A stretch of 64,000 nt of DNA from Eledone cirrhosa (lineage: Eukaryota): the NCBI GenBank assembly GCA_964016885.1, contig OZ024740.1, positions 247,876,001-247,940,000 on the forward strand. The letters are read 5' to 3'. Below the pieces are notes generated by a model. The model was not told the origin of the DNA. It saw only the letters and a list, made by a program, of their open reading frames with translations, and did no database searches. Of the stretch, positions 1-10,683 are shown piece after piece (positions within the stretch are counted from its first letter, which is position 1; each line of letters opens with the position of its first letter). Position numbers and translations under genes: made by a program.

Positions 1-119
1 ACAGGACCATAAGTATTACATGTGTAACGTTTGAAAACAATCGGTTGGGTGGTTCTCGAGTTTTAGTGATCGGACAGACAGATGACAGACAGACATTCTC
101 CGTTTTAGATATATAGATA
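1..119 (-). mobile_element. Probable 5' end of a non-autonomous Helitron-like element (continues off the window)
   Basis: Minus strand reads A|TCTATATATCTAAAACGGAGAATGTCTGTCTGTC...CTCGAGAACCACCCAACCGATT: TC start and (GTCT)n tract as in Lep1/HINE-type non-autonomous Helitrons. Confidence 0.55.
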
Positions 120-287
120 ATATATATAATACGACATTCCTCTCTCTTTCTTACTCTGTCTTTTTAGATAGATACATAACTATAACGTCGCGCCCTTATA
201 ATATCTGTCTGTTTGGCTGCCTGTCTGTATTGACTTCTCTTATAACCAACTTTTAATTAATTATATATATATAATTATATATTCGTG

Positions 288-655
288 TACATATTTTCAA
301 CAGTAATACTGTACTGTATATTTTCAACAGTAATACTATACTATATATTTTCACAAGTAATACTCTGCTATACCATATATTTTCAACAGTAATACTGTAC
401 TATATATTTTCAACAGTAATACTATACTATATATTTTCAACAGTAATACTATACTATACTATATATTTTCAACAGTAATATTATACTATATATTTTCAAC
501 AGTAATACTATACTATACTATATGTTTTTATACTATACAGTCGTACTATACTATACTATATATTTTTAACAGTAATACTATACTATACTATATATTTTCA
601 ACAGTAATACTATACTATACTATACTATATATTTTCAACAGTAATACTATACTAC
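288..655. repeat. Tandem minisatellite, ~26-35 bp unit (TATATTTTCAACAGTAATACTATAC)
   Basis: About 12 imperfect copies visible, with variable numbers of internal TATAC. Confidence 0.9.
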
Positions 656-677
656 ACGGACGGCTTATCGTCCGTTT

Positions 678-768
678 ATCCAAGCGAAGCTAGGTACGTC
701 AGCTATATATATGGATGCCGTAGAACCCGCCATTGGTAGCCGGGCGCCAGCGGGACGGGCCAGCTAGT
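678..768 (+). mobile_element. Helitron-like 3' ends (two in series)
   Basis: CCAAGCGAAGCTAGGTACGTCAGCTAT and GCCGGGCGCCAGCGGGACGGGCCAGCTAG|T: GC-rich subterminal segment followed by CTAG-T. Confidence 0.5.
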
Positions 769-794
769 ATGTATATATATATATTTTTTTTATC

Positions 795-1815
795 GAGACA
801 GTGATTATTAAGAGGACATTTAGTTCTATTAAGGCAATTGCATTTACGATTAATGTTATTAACAGTTATTTGCAAGTGGCCCAGAGTTATTTATAGAAGG
901 AATTGTATTGGAGAAATTACCTACAAGAGGTGCTAATGTTTCCTGATTTAGATTAGTATTAGGAGCACTCAACGAAATTACGTTTGACGTCGTATTTGTA
1001 TTTAAGGAGTCTTGTCTAGAGTTTACATTGACGTCGGGCCTTATGTTGTTATTACTATGACGTTCAGGGTTGGATGGATGTGATTTATTATTTAATATTT
1101 TAGTATTATGTTTTGAGATAATGTTAGAGATGTTGGAAGTGGTGGAATAAGAGAATTTAATTGTATGCTTATAAATAAATAAGTAAAGGAGGGAAGCAAT
1201 TAGCTAACGCTCTAAAAATAGTTTAGGAATATTACTAATAATAGAAATAGAAAAAGGAGCGTTGTACCAAATAATATTTTTATATCTAGGTCTTCTCTTT
1301 ATGCTATTGGAATGCTTATAACTAGCTATGTTACTATAGGTTCTGCCATGATTGGTTTCATTATTGTATTTAATTCTGTCTGGGTAACCAGCTCTGGATA
1401 GCGCATTATTGTAATAATTGGCTTTAGCGTCAAAGATAAGTTTATCAGAAGATAGATTAGAAATTCTTTTTTCAACATTTCTGACTATAGTAGTTTTAAC
1501 ATTAATAGGGTGGTTTGATTTAAAATTAACATAATTTAGATTCTCATTATCCTTATGGTATGGGTAATATAGGCCGGTGTCGAGATTAGGGGATATATCC
1601 AGGAAGTTAGCTAATTTAACGTTGTTCTCAAATTCAATTTTTAGGTTATGGTGCTTAAATAGATCAAGTATATTATTCTTGATAATATTAAGGTTTACTA
1701 AGTTACAGTTTAAGACAGTAAAAAGGGCATCGTCACGATAAATTTCACCGCGAAGTTGAGGAATTTTCCGATTTACAGAGTTCAAGATGAAAATTCCAAC
1801 CAAGTCCGTCAGGCT
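795..1815 (-). mobile_element. Penelope-like element fragment (CxCx5C/Hydra-type): RT C-terminus, thumb and linker
   Basis: ORF 1204-1803 has IYRDD, NFLDI, SNHP and IIWYNAPFS; downstream reads CNCLNRTKCPLNNHCL. Homologous to the 15674-17431 ORF. Confidence 0.85.
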
Positions 1816-1897
1816 GAATTGTCAGCTGGGTGGTAATCTCAGTTTTCGCCCCACAGGGGCGGAAATTTAATTTTAACAAATTTACAAGTTTTAAAAA

Positions 1898-3734
1898 ATG
1901 TTCCTAACTTTAACAATGTGTGACTTACAACGAACGCTAGACTGCTTACAACGAACGCTAGACTGCGAGAAGAGAGGGAAAGAGACAGATATAAACGTTA
2001 TATCTCTCTCTAGTTCCATGGAAGTATCTATGGAAACGAACAACAACAAAACTTCGTTTCGTAAAGAAATGGATATTTACACAACAAAAGATGAAAATAA
2101 CAGCCCACAACAGACACCAAAAAATACAGAAAATGCAGAAATTGAAACAATTGACACAACTACAAACGAAAAAACCAACAAAATCGAAAAAACAACATTC
2201 GTACAGACTGTGATAAATAAAACAGAGTACAAACACATCGACATAAGCAACTCCAAACAAATGTTGACCGATGCAAAACAATTCAATTTCTTTGAAGAAA
2301 AGGGTGGGTTTCATATAAACTCACCCTTTCAAATTAAACGAAAAACAGTTCGAAGGACAGTAACCGTCCGAACTGTTTCAGATTAAACGAAAAAACCGGT
2401 ATTCCTCAGTCAAGGAGAAATTGAAACAACCCTGAAAGAGGCTCTGCCGGACATTGATTTTATGCAGAGGGCCAGACTATATGTTTCGGTACTTTTTACA
2501 AGCGAGGCCCTCGCACAAAAGCATTCTGTTACACCAGTCATCACAAAAGCACACACCTTTTTCCCTACTTACATGGGAAAAAGAACTCAAAAAATTAAAA
2601 TAAATAATATACCACCGAACATCAACATTTGGTGGATCTTAGCAGGTTTTATAGAGCCAGAAAGTAATACAATTCTTTCGGTCAGGAAATCGACCAGACA
2701 AAGGTGGGCAGGAACAAATTTGGAAATTCTGATACAAATGACACCAGAAAGAATTTCCAAAATCCCCGAAAGAGTGCTGGTCGACAACCAGAAATACATC
2801 AACATCATAACTGGGGGCAGAAAGCCTCACTGTTTTCGATGTGCAAGCACATCACACCTAAAAGCCTCCTGCCCTTTACAAACAAATCTTTTTTTTTAAA
2901 AAGTACTTTTACCAACACCAACACCAAAACAATCACCACCACCACCACCACAACAACAACAACAACAACAACAGACGGAACGAGCAAACACACCAAAACA
3001 AACAGCCACTCAACCAACAACAACAGAAAAAACAGAGACAACACCCCTGAAAAATACATCCCCACCCCATCCCACTCCATCAACACTACCACAAACACAC
3101 ACACCGAAACACCACCACCATACAACATACCCCTACCCAACACTTCTGACGATGATTATTCATCGACGGATGAAGCTGCTTCTCCTTCTTTAAGTGAAGA
3201 AGAGGGAGAGCCGCGGAAATCTAAAAAACAAAAAAAGAGACACCACAAAACCTACAAAACTCCAATCACCAACACCAACACACAACCACAGACACAAACA
3301 ACAACACAAACAACACCACAGTCAAACATCGCCCTATCAGCAAAACCAACACCACCACCACCCCAAACACAAGCACCCACCATAAAAAGAAAAACTCCCG
3401 GACGAACAACAAACTAAAACAACAAAAACACAAACAACAATACGCATACATCAACACAAACAACAAGAGTTTGATGGAGGTCATCTCCCAAAACCTCAAG
3501 GTGGAGACGGAGGGCAAAACTTTCGTCAAGGTAGAATCGTCTCCACACCTTAAACTTATAAGGGTTTCTATGAAAACCTATAACCTGAAAAATAAATGTT
3601 TACAGGACGTGGACAACCCCTGCCAGAAACCCATCAACCGCGTCCTGTTAAAATGTTTCCCCACCCCACCCAACACCCCATCCAGCACCCAAATGGAGAT
3701 TTAACAACCCGATCTCCAGGAAACTAAAAGGTAA
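1898..3734 (+). pseudogene. Tx1 ORF1 (nucleic-acid-binding protein), disrupted
   Basis: Fragments 1898-2386, 2462-2899 (CX2CX4HX4C), Thr/Pro-rich region with KSKKQKKR, and 3471-3704. The sister copy at 63954-64000 shows the true end is QMEIEQPDLEETKR*; here GAA>TAA at 3702. Confidence 0.8.
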
Positions 3735-3776
3735 GTGCACCTTTTCGTCCTTTTTCTCCAACTTTTCTTCACCAAC

Positions 3777-6700
3777 ATGGCTAGTTTCCGAGTTGGAAGC
3801 GTGAATGTGCGTGGCCTAGGGATGCTCTGGAAAGAGGGCCAACTTTTAAACGACCGTAGGTAACACGGTATGGATGTGATAGCCATCACCGAGTCCAGGA
3901 TCCACAACAGGCAGCAACTAACCCCCATCTTCGACGACTTTGAGATCTACGCATCTCTCTGTCAGCCAGGAGGTGGAGGGGGAGTGGCTGTCATGGAAGT
4001 CGAAGTACAGCAAGTACAGTTGGACTCGGAGGGTAGACTGGTAGTCCTAGACGTGAACAGTATTGGAGGTGGAGCCTTCAGACTGGTGGCCGTTTATGCC
4101 CCGACCGGGCAGTCACAATCACGGCCAGACATCTTTAAGCGTCTAGAGTCTTTTCTGGGAACGTCTCGCTCCTTACTTTTAGTGGGGGACTGGAATGATA
4201 TCCTAGATGCACGATGGGACTATGTGGGAGCATGTCCCAGTAGAGGGGGGTGCAACAGCCTCAAAACTTGAATCGGCCAATTCCAATTGGCCGATAGGTA
4301 TCGACAGGATTTCCCGACTGCACCACAGTGGACGTGGGCAAACCGAAGCGGGACATCTAGATCGTATTTAGATAGGTTCTTCATTAGAGAAAGAGGACAA
4401 GGAGATGTTAAACTGTCCACGAATGCACACGGTTGCCTATTCAGATCACAAATTAGTCGTCTACTTGGTCAACCGTGATAGAACACATAGACAAGGACCC
4501 GGATACTGGAAGCTGAACGTGTCGTTGCCGGCACGTAAAGCTTACAGTGAACGGATAAGTAGACTAGTCAAGCAACAGTTAACGGAAGCCTTCGTCAACA
4601 ATAGATGGTGGTACTCTCTCAAGAAAGCAATTAGAGTAGAATCGATAGAGTTTAGCAGAGAGTTAGCCTTAGATGAAAACAAAATAGAAAGAGAACTAGT
4701 AGCCAAAGTAGAGGAGGCACTTAGAAGTGGCAAGACAGCTAGAGTGTTAGCGTCGAGAACGGCATTAGACCAGTTCTTCGACAAGAAACACGAAGGCTGC
4801 GTGGTCAGAAGCAAAACACGTGCTCTAGGAGACGAAGGAGCGAAAGCTGTCAGCTGGGCCCGAGTAGCGGAGGCGAATAGTGGCAACAAATCCACGATTC
4901 GGTCTTTGAAACGGATGCGTGCTACTTGACCCCAAGCAAATGTGCGCGGCCTTTCAGCAGCACTTTGCGCGACTGTTTGAGCAGAACGACGGTGAGCCGA
5001 ACGGGGCAATGGACTTTAGTTCATACCTCGACGGCCTGCCGCCTCTCTCGAACACGGACGCCGAGTTCTGCGAAAGACCGATCACGGACACTGAGATACG
5101 GGACGCTCTGGGCCGCTGCGAGAAACGCAAGTCACCCGGTCTAGATGGTCTACCCTATGAGTTTTACATAGGCATGCCGGACTTGTTCTCTGGCGTCCTC
5201 GAAGCCGCCTACTGCAATTGGCAGCAGAACGGGAGAATTCCCAGTTCTACAGGCAAGGGCGTAGTAACGCTGATCAGGAAAGACGAGAACAAGGGGGACG
5301 AAATTAACAACTTCAGGCCCATAACTCTGCTCAACACAGAGTTAAAGATTTTGGCCAAGGTGCTAGCGACGAGGTTAGCGCTTGTCGTCGAGAATCTGGT
5401 AGGGAAAGCGCAAACGTATGCAATCCCGACCAGGTCCATACTCGACAACCTCACCTCATGCGATACATCATAGACAGGATGGGTAGTAAACCCGGCTTCG
5501 GTGGGGCTCTGATCATTTGGATCAGGCTAAGGCATTCGATAGGGTTGACCATCGATACTTGGAAGCGGTTCTCAAGGCGGCCGGTTTCAGTCCCGTTTTC
5601 AAAGGCTGGATCGAGGCGATGCACACCAGCATCTGCTCGAGAGTCAAGGTTAACGGCTACCTATCGGAGCCGTTCACAATCACGCGTTCCATTCGACAGG
5701 GGTGCCCTCTCTCCTTGATTCTGTATGTATTGACTCTAGAGCCACTACTGGGCCGCTGCGGGAAACGCAAGTCACCCGATCTAGATGGTCTACCCTATGA
5801 GTTTTACATAGGCATGCCGGACTTGTTCTCGTGAACACCTCGCCAAGATGGAACGCATGCTCTTCCAGTTTCTGTGGAAGAAGCAGGCTCCGCTGGTGAG
5901 GAGATCCGTCTGCTGTCAGCACCCTTCCAACGGAGCGCTGGGAATGCCGTGGCTGATGATGCGCAAACATGCGCTGAGGCTGCAGCATCCCAGGTATTCA
6001 TACCCGACCCCCAACCAGTGTGGGCACCGTTTGTGAGACAGGCTTTCCCACAGCTCGTCTCGCTGACGGAGCTGCAGTCCTGGGTCAAGAAAAGATCGAA
6101 AACGATGGGCGCCTGGCACATTGAATGCGCTCAGGTGTCCACAGTCCTCTGACAAGCGGGTGCAGCAATCAGTGGAGACTCTACTTCGACATTCTATAGC
6201 GGGATTTGTACGTTACAAGGGTTACGACGTGCTCGGAGAGACTTTGGGCGTCGAAGACGATGAGCTCACCAGTCTGTTTGGTAGGACTTTCCGCCCGGGA
6301 CCTATGGACAACTTCTAGAAGTCTCTGGCCTGGCAGTGCTACCGAGGAGCTCTACCGGTTCGTGACAAGATCTACAGGCACGGACGCCCCGACAGGGATC
6401 CTTCCAAGAGGACGTATCCAAGATGCGCGCAGGACATTGAAACAGTCCTGCACGCAATTGTACAATGCCCGGGCGTAACCGACCTGTGGAACTATGCAGA
6501 ACAACTGCTGTCGCGTATGGGACAAATCCAGTTGATTGCCGAGTCCATAGTAAGGATCAAACCGCCAGCCTCTTTTAAAAACGAAAGAGAGGCGGTTTCC
6601 TCTGTACAGTGGCTATGGTGAAAGAAGTTATACGGTGGACGAAATTGAGAGGACTGAGGACAGATGCCTTTCTCTCCGGACAACAATTGATTCCCTTCTT

Positions 6701-6830
6701 TAAGTATCACTTTAGATGGAGAATCAGAGTGGAGAGAGAGGCACTGCACCCCAGTAAATTTACTGAAATGTGGGTGAATGAAGCGAAAATGGCCCGAGTG
6801 ATTGGGCCTTCTCTATTTATAAGCCTGTGG
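3777..6830 (+). pseudogene. Tx1 ORF2 (APE endonuclease-RT), disrupted; catalytic YADD region deleted
   Basis: MASFRVGSVNVRGL, GDWND, SYLDRFF, SDHK, GPGYWKLN, KSPGLDGLPYEFY, FRPITLLN, AFDRVDH, RQGCPLS; many frameshifts and stops. Confidence 0.9.
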
Positions 6831-7094
6831 GTTGAAGGAGAGATCAAAAGGAAGAAAGGAGCACTTGCACAACATGCTCCTGGAGTTGAGGGTTGTTCTA
6901 TCGACGGGGTATTAAACAAGCCATTTGTAGCGCTTCCCCCCTATTGGGGATTTCGATTGTTGTAATTGTTTGTTTTTATATTTTTTACACTAACTGTATG
7001 TAAAATCCCCGGCATGTCTTTGTATTGTCCCTTTTTCTTGTGCGCCCTTGAGGTAAATAAAGAAATATATCTATATATCTATCTATCTATCTCT

Positions 7095-9510
7095 ACCGGA
7101 CGTGTGCAACTTCGCGGAGAAGTTTCGGTAAATTTATGTAAGAAAAACCGTGAGTTTTCAGTTAAATTTTATATTATTGTGCAACTTGACCCCCCGACTG
7201 GACCTTCAGGCGGTGGGTCAACACATTTTCGCCCCTACAGGGGCGAAATATTCGTTTGAACAATTTTTCTCCATCGAATTGTTCTGCAACTGGCAGCAGA
7301 ACTGGTGAATTCCCAGTTCTGTGACCAGGGGCATAGTCACACGAGTCAGGAAGGACGAGAATAAGGGGGATGACATAGGCAACTTCCGGCCCATAACTCT
7401 GCTAAACACAGAGTTACAGATATTGGCCAAGGTGTTGGCAAAGAGGCTGGTGCTTGTCATCGAAAACCTGGTGGGAGAAGCGCAGACACGCGCAATCCCG
7501 ACCAGGTCCATACACGACAACCTCCACCTCTTGCGATACATCATAGAGAGGGTAGGGTGTAAGCCCGGCTTCGGTGGGGCCCTGATCAATTTGGATCAGT
7601 CTAAGGCTTTCGATAGGGTTGACCATCGTTACCTGGATGCGGTGCTCGAGGCGGCAGGCTTCGGATCCTTGTTCAGGGGCTGGATTGCTGCAATGCACAA
7701 CAGCAACAGCTGTTCAAGGGTCAATGTGAACGGCTACCTCTCGGAGCCGTTCCCTATCACGCGATCCATCCGACAGGGATGCCCTCTCTCCTCCCTTCTG
7801 TACGTACTGACTCTTGAGCCACTACTACGGAAGTTGGAGCTATTGCAGGGCATCCCTGGGACTGTAGAAAGCGGGACTGTAGAATCCCGGGACTGTAGAA
7901 AGCGGGACTGTTACGACGTGACAGTAATGGTGTCGAGCGCCTCGCAAATCGAGGAAGTCGGCACCTTACTGAAGGAATACGAAAGGTTCACAGGAGCGAA
8001 GCTGAACCGGGACTAGTCCATCAGTTTGCAACTCGGATCGTGGAGAGGCAAACCGATGCCTTCCGATGGCGTCGTCGGACGCTAGACGGAAGGACCGGTA
8101 AAGCTGCTCGGGGTCTGGTTTGGTCCGGACCTCCAGGTGGAGAACAACTGGAACGAGGTGACGGCCAAGATGTTTGCACTCAACCAGAAGTGGGCCGAGT
8201 GCAAACTATCCTTGAAAGGTCGAGCGGGGAGGCGAACACTTTTATAGCGTCCATCATCTACTACCGCTTGACCGTCGTGCCTTGTACAGCCAAAAAGCTC
8301 ACCAAAATGGAGCGCGCGCTCTTCCAATTCCTTTGGAAGAAGATCCATCTGCTGCCAACATCCTTCCAACGGAGGACTGGGGATGCCGTGGCTGACGATG
8401 CGCAAACACGCACTCTGGCTGCGGCATCTCTACGTATTCCTCACCGGACAACCGGTGTGGGCACCGTTCGTGAGGCGATCCTTCCCATGACTCGTCTCGC
8501 TGACCGATCTGCAGTCCTGGGTCAAGAAAAGACCGAGTAAAATGGGCGACTGGCCCATCGAATGTGCTCAGGATCTCACAGCCCTCTGGTAGGCGGACCC
8601 GGCGATCTATCGAGGGTTGATCCGCAGCAAGTGCGACCACGCGCTCGGAGAAACTCTAGGCGTAGAGGAAGACAAACTGGCCAGTCTGTTCGGTAGGACC
8701 TTCCGCCCGGGACCGATGGACAACTTCGAAACGTCCCTGGCCTGGCAGTGCTACCGAGGAGCTCTACCAGTTCGAGACAGGCTCTTCAGACATGGGCGCC
8801 CGGGCAGGGACCCTTCGAAAAAGATCTGTCCGAGATGCGTGCGAGACGAAGAAACCGTCGCCCACGCATTCATACACTGCCCGGGCGTTACCGACCTGTG
8901 GGTCTATGTAGAACGACTATTGTCGCGGGTGGGACCAATCCGGTTGACCACCGAGTCCAATGTCATGATCAAACCGCCACCCTCCTTCAAAAACGAAGGA
9001 GAGTCGGTTTTTCTTTGTGTGATAGCCATGGCGAAAGAGGTTGTATCGTGGACGAGGTTAAAAGGGCTGAGGTCAGACACTTTTCTCTCCGGCCAACAAC
9101 AGATTCTTTTTTTCAAATACCACTTTGGAAGAAGAATCAGGATGGAGAGAGTGGTGCTGTACCCCAGCAAGTTTTATGAAAGGTGGATGAAAGTGGCGAG
9201 AATGGCCCTAGTGAATGAGCCTTCTCTCTATATCAGCCTGTAGGTTGAGGAAAAAGAGGAAGAGGGGAAAGGGGTACAAACTCTTCGTACTCCTGGAGAT
9301 GAGGGTTGCACATTTTTTCAGGGTTATGTGTTACTCATATGAAATGTCTCCCCCTATTGGGGAAAATCGATTAATTTTTAAATTACATTTGTGATAGCAT
9401 TTTACACGTTTTTATTGTATGTAATCTTCCCCCTTTGTATTTGTCCCCTTCTTTTGTGCCACTCTGGCTAATAAAGAAACATATCTATCTATCTATCTAT
9501 CTATCTATCT
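7095..9510 (+). mobile_element. Tx1-like LINE, subfamily A2: putative 5' leader joined to the 3' half of ORF2, inserted in the (TATC)n tail of the upstream copy
   Basis: RT motifs from ~7283 (CNWQQN, FRPITLLN, RQGCPLS), CPRC...HAFIHC, stop at 9243, AATAAA and (ATCT)n; ATCT repeats on both sides. Confidence 0.88.
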
Positions 9511-9514
9511 CCAA

Positions 9515-9600
9515 CAGGGGGCTCATACATGCGGCCCGCGAACTACTTTTCTATGGCCCGTGGTAGAACCAATATTTCACATTGCATTATCACTGGTGAA
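9515..9600 (+). mobile_element. hAT-like MITE terminal remnant
   Basis: CAGGGGGCTCATACATGCGGCCCGCG...TGGCCCG resembles hAT/Charlie-type CAGGGG termini with GGCCCG subterminal repeats; second end not found. Confidence 0.4.
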
Positions 9601-9604
9601 AATA

Positions 9605-9813
9605 AGGCGGCTAGCTGGTGGAATCGTTAGCGAAATGTTTAGCGGTACTTCTTCCGGTTTTACGTTGTGGTTTCAAATTCTGCCGATCTGAACTTTGCCT
9701 TTCATCCTTTTGGGGTCGATAAATTAAGTACCAGTTGTGTACTGAGATCGATGTAATCGACTGGACCCTAAACCCCAAAGTTCATGTCTTGAGTTTATTG
9801 TAGAAATGATTAT
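9605..9813 (+). mobile_element. tRNA-derived SINE with Deu/Nin-like central domain, diverged
   Basis: A-box-like GGCGGCTAGCTGG, B-box GTTTCAAATTC, GCCTTTCATCCTTTTGGGGTCGATAAATTAAGTACC, tail GTAGAAATGATTAT. Confidence 0.8.
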
Positions 9814-9890
9814 AACTGGTGAAAATCATCACCGCTCCTCCAGGACGTAATGGCTCTTTTGTGTCCTTGAGTTTGAGACCCCTCTTCTAT

Positions 9891-9935
<45 letters not shown>

Positions 9936-9954
9936 CACTTTACTTTCTTCTATC

Positions 9955-10180
9955 TTTGGACTACGCCCATGCTTGGGCATTGGCTTTGTAAGTTCCGGGA
10001 CAAACCAATAAGCATTGGTGGGAGGGCAAACACAAACGCAAAGACACACAGAGACATATATACATATATACGACGGGCTTATTTTAGTTTCGGTCTATCA
10101 AATCCACTCACATGGCTTTGGTCAGCCCGGGCAGTGGCACTGAACCCGGAAACAAGTGGTTGGGAAGCAAGCCTCTTGTC
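9955..10180 (-). mobile_element. Second tRNA-derived SINE family, degraded
   Basis: Minus strand ...TCCGGGTTCAGTGCCACTG...GACCAAAGCCATGTGAGTGGATTTGATAGACCGAAACTAAAATAAGCCCGTCG; related to 50335-50640. Confidence 0.65.
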
Positions 10181-10184
10181 ACAA

Positions 10185-10232
<48 letters not shown>

Positions 10233-10234
10233 GG

Positions 10235-10652
10235 AAAAATTTGAACAGGAACAAAACAGAGAGGCAGTACAACGAATGTTTATTAATTTCACGCTCTGGA
10301 AAGTGGGGTGGTGGTGGGGAACGACGTTTCGGGCATAAGCCCTTCCTCAGGTTAGAGGTGTGTGGGAACAGAGTTCAAAGGGTGTGTAGGGGAGTGGTGG
10401 AGAGACATATAGCGAAAGGAAACGGTGCGAATGAAATTAAAAATAAAAATAAAAATAAAGCATGATCAAAATACAAGGAATGAAATAAAATTAAATATAA
10501 AAGCATGATCAAAATAAACTGAAATTAAAAAGGGGTAAAACAGGTGGTGGAAGGGTGTGGGGTGTGTAGGGGTGGTGTCGGGTGGAGTGGGGAGAGGGAG
10601 ACGGGGTGCCCGAGCGGGGAGGGCTGAAGGTGGTGTATGTGTGTAGGTGTAC

Positions 10653-10683
<31 letters not shown>

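Larger units (their letters stand above)
1826..7094 (+). mobile_element. Tx1-like L1-clade LINE, subfamily A1, near full length, degraded
   Basis: Broken ORF1 with CFRCASTSHLKASCP knuckle; ORF2 with APE, RT and C-terminal Cys/His motif; 3' AATAAA then (TATC)n. Confidence 0.92.

Noticed and set aside
288-655. Regularly spaced repeats resembling a CRISPR array
   Set aside because: No unique spacers, no cas genes, eukaryotic context; it is a minisatellite.
1741-1760. CAACTTCGCGG shared (inverted) with 7107-7117
   Set aside because: Short match inside PLE coding sequence (QLRGE); most likely chance.
9220-9250. Pyrimidine-rich CTGTAG|G at the ORF2 stop as a distal acceptor removing all of ORF2
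   Set aside because: Not conserved in B1 (TAA), the downstream frames differ in length, and the pyrimidines are explained by codons; weaker than the proximal in-frame acceptor.
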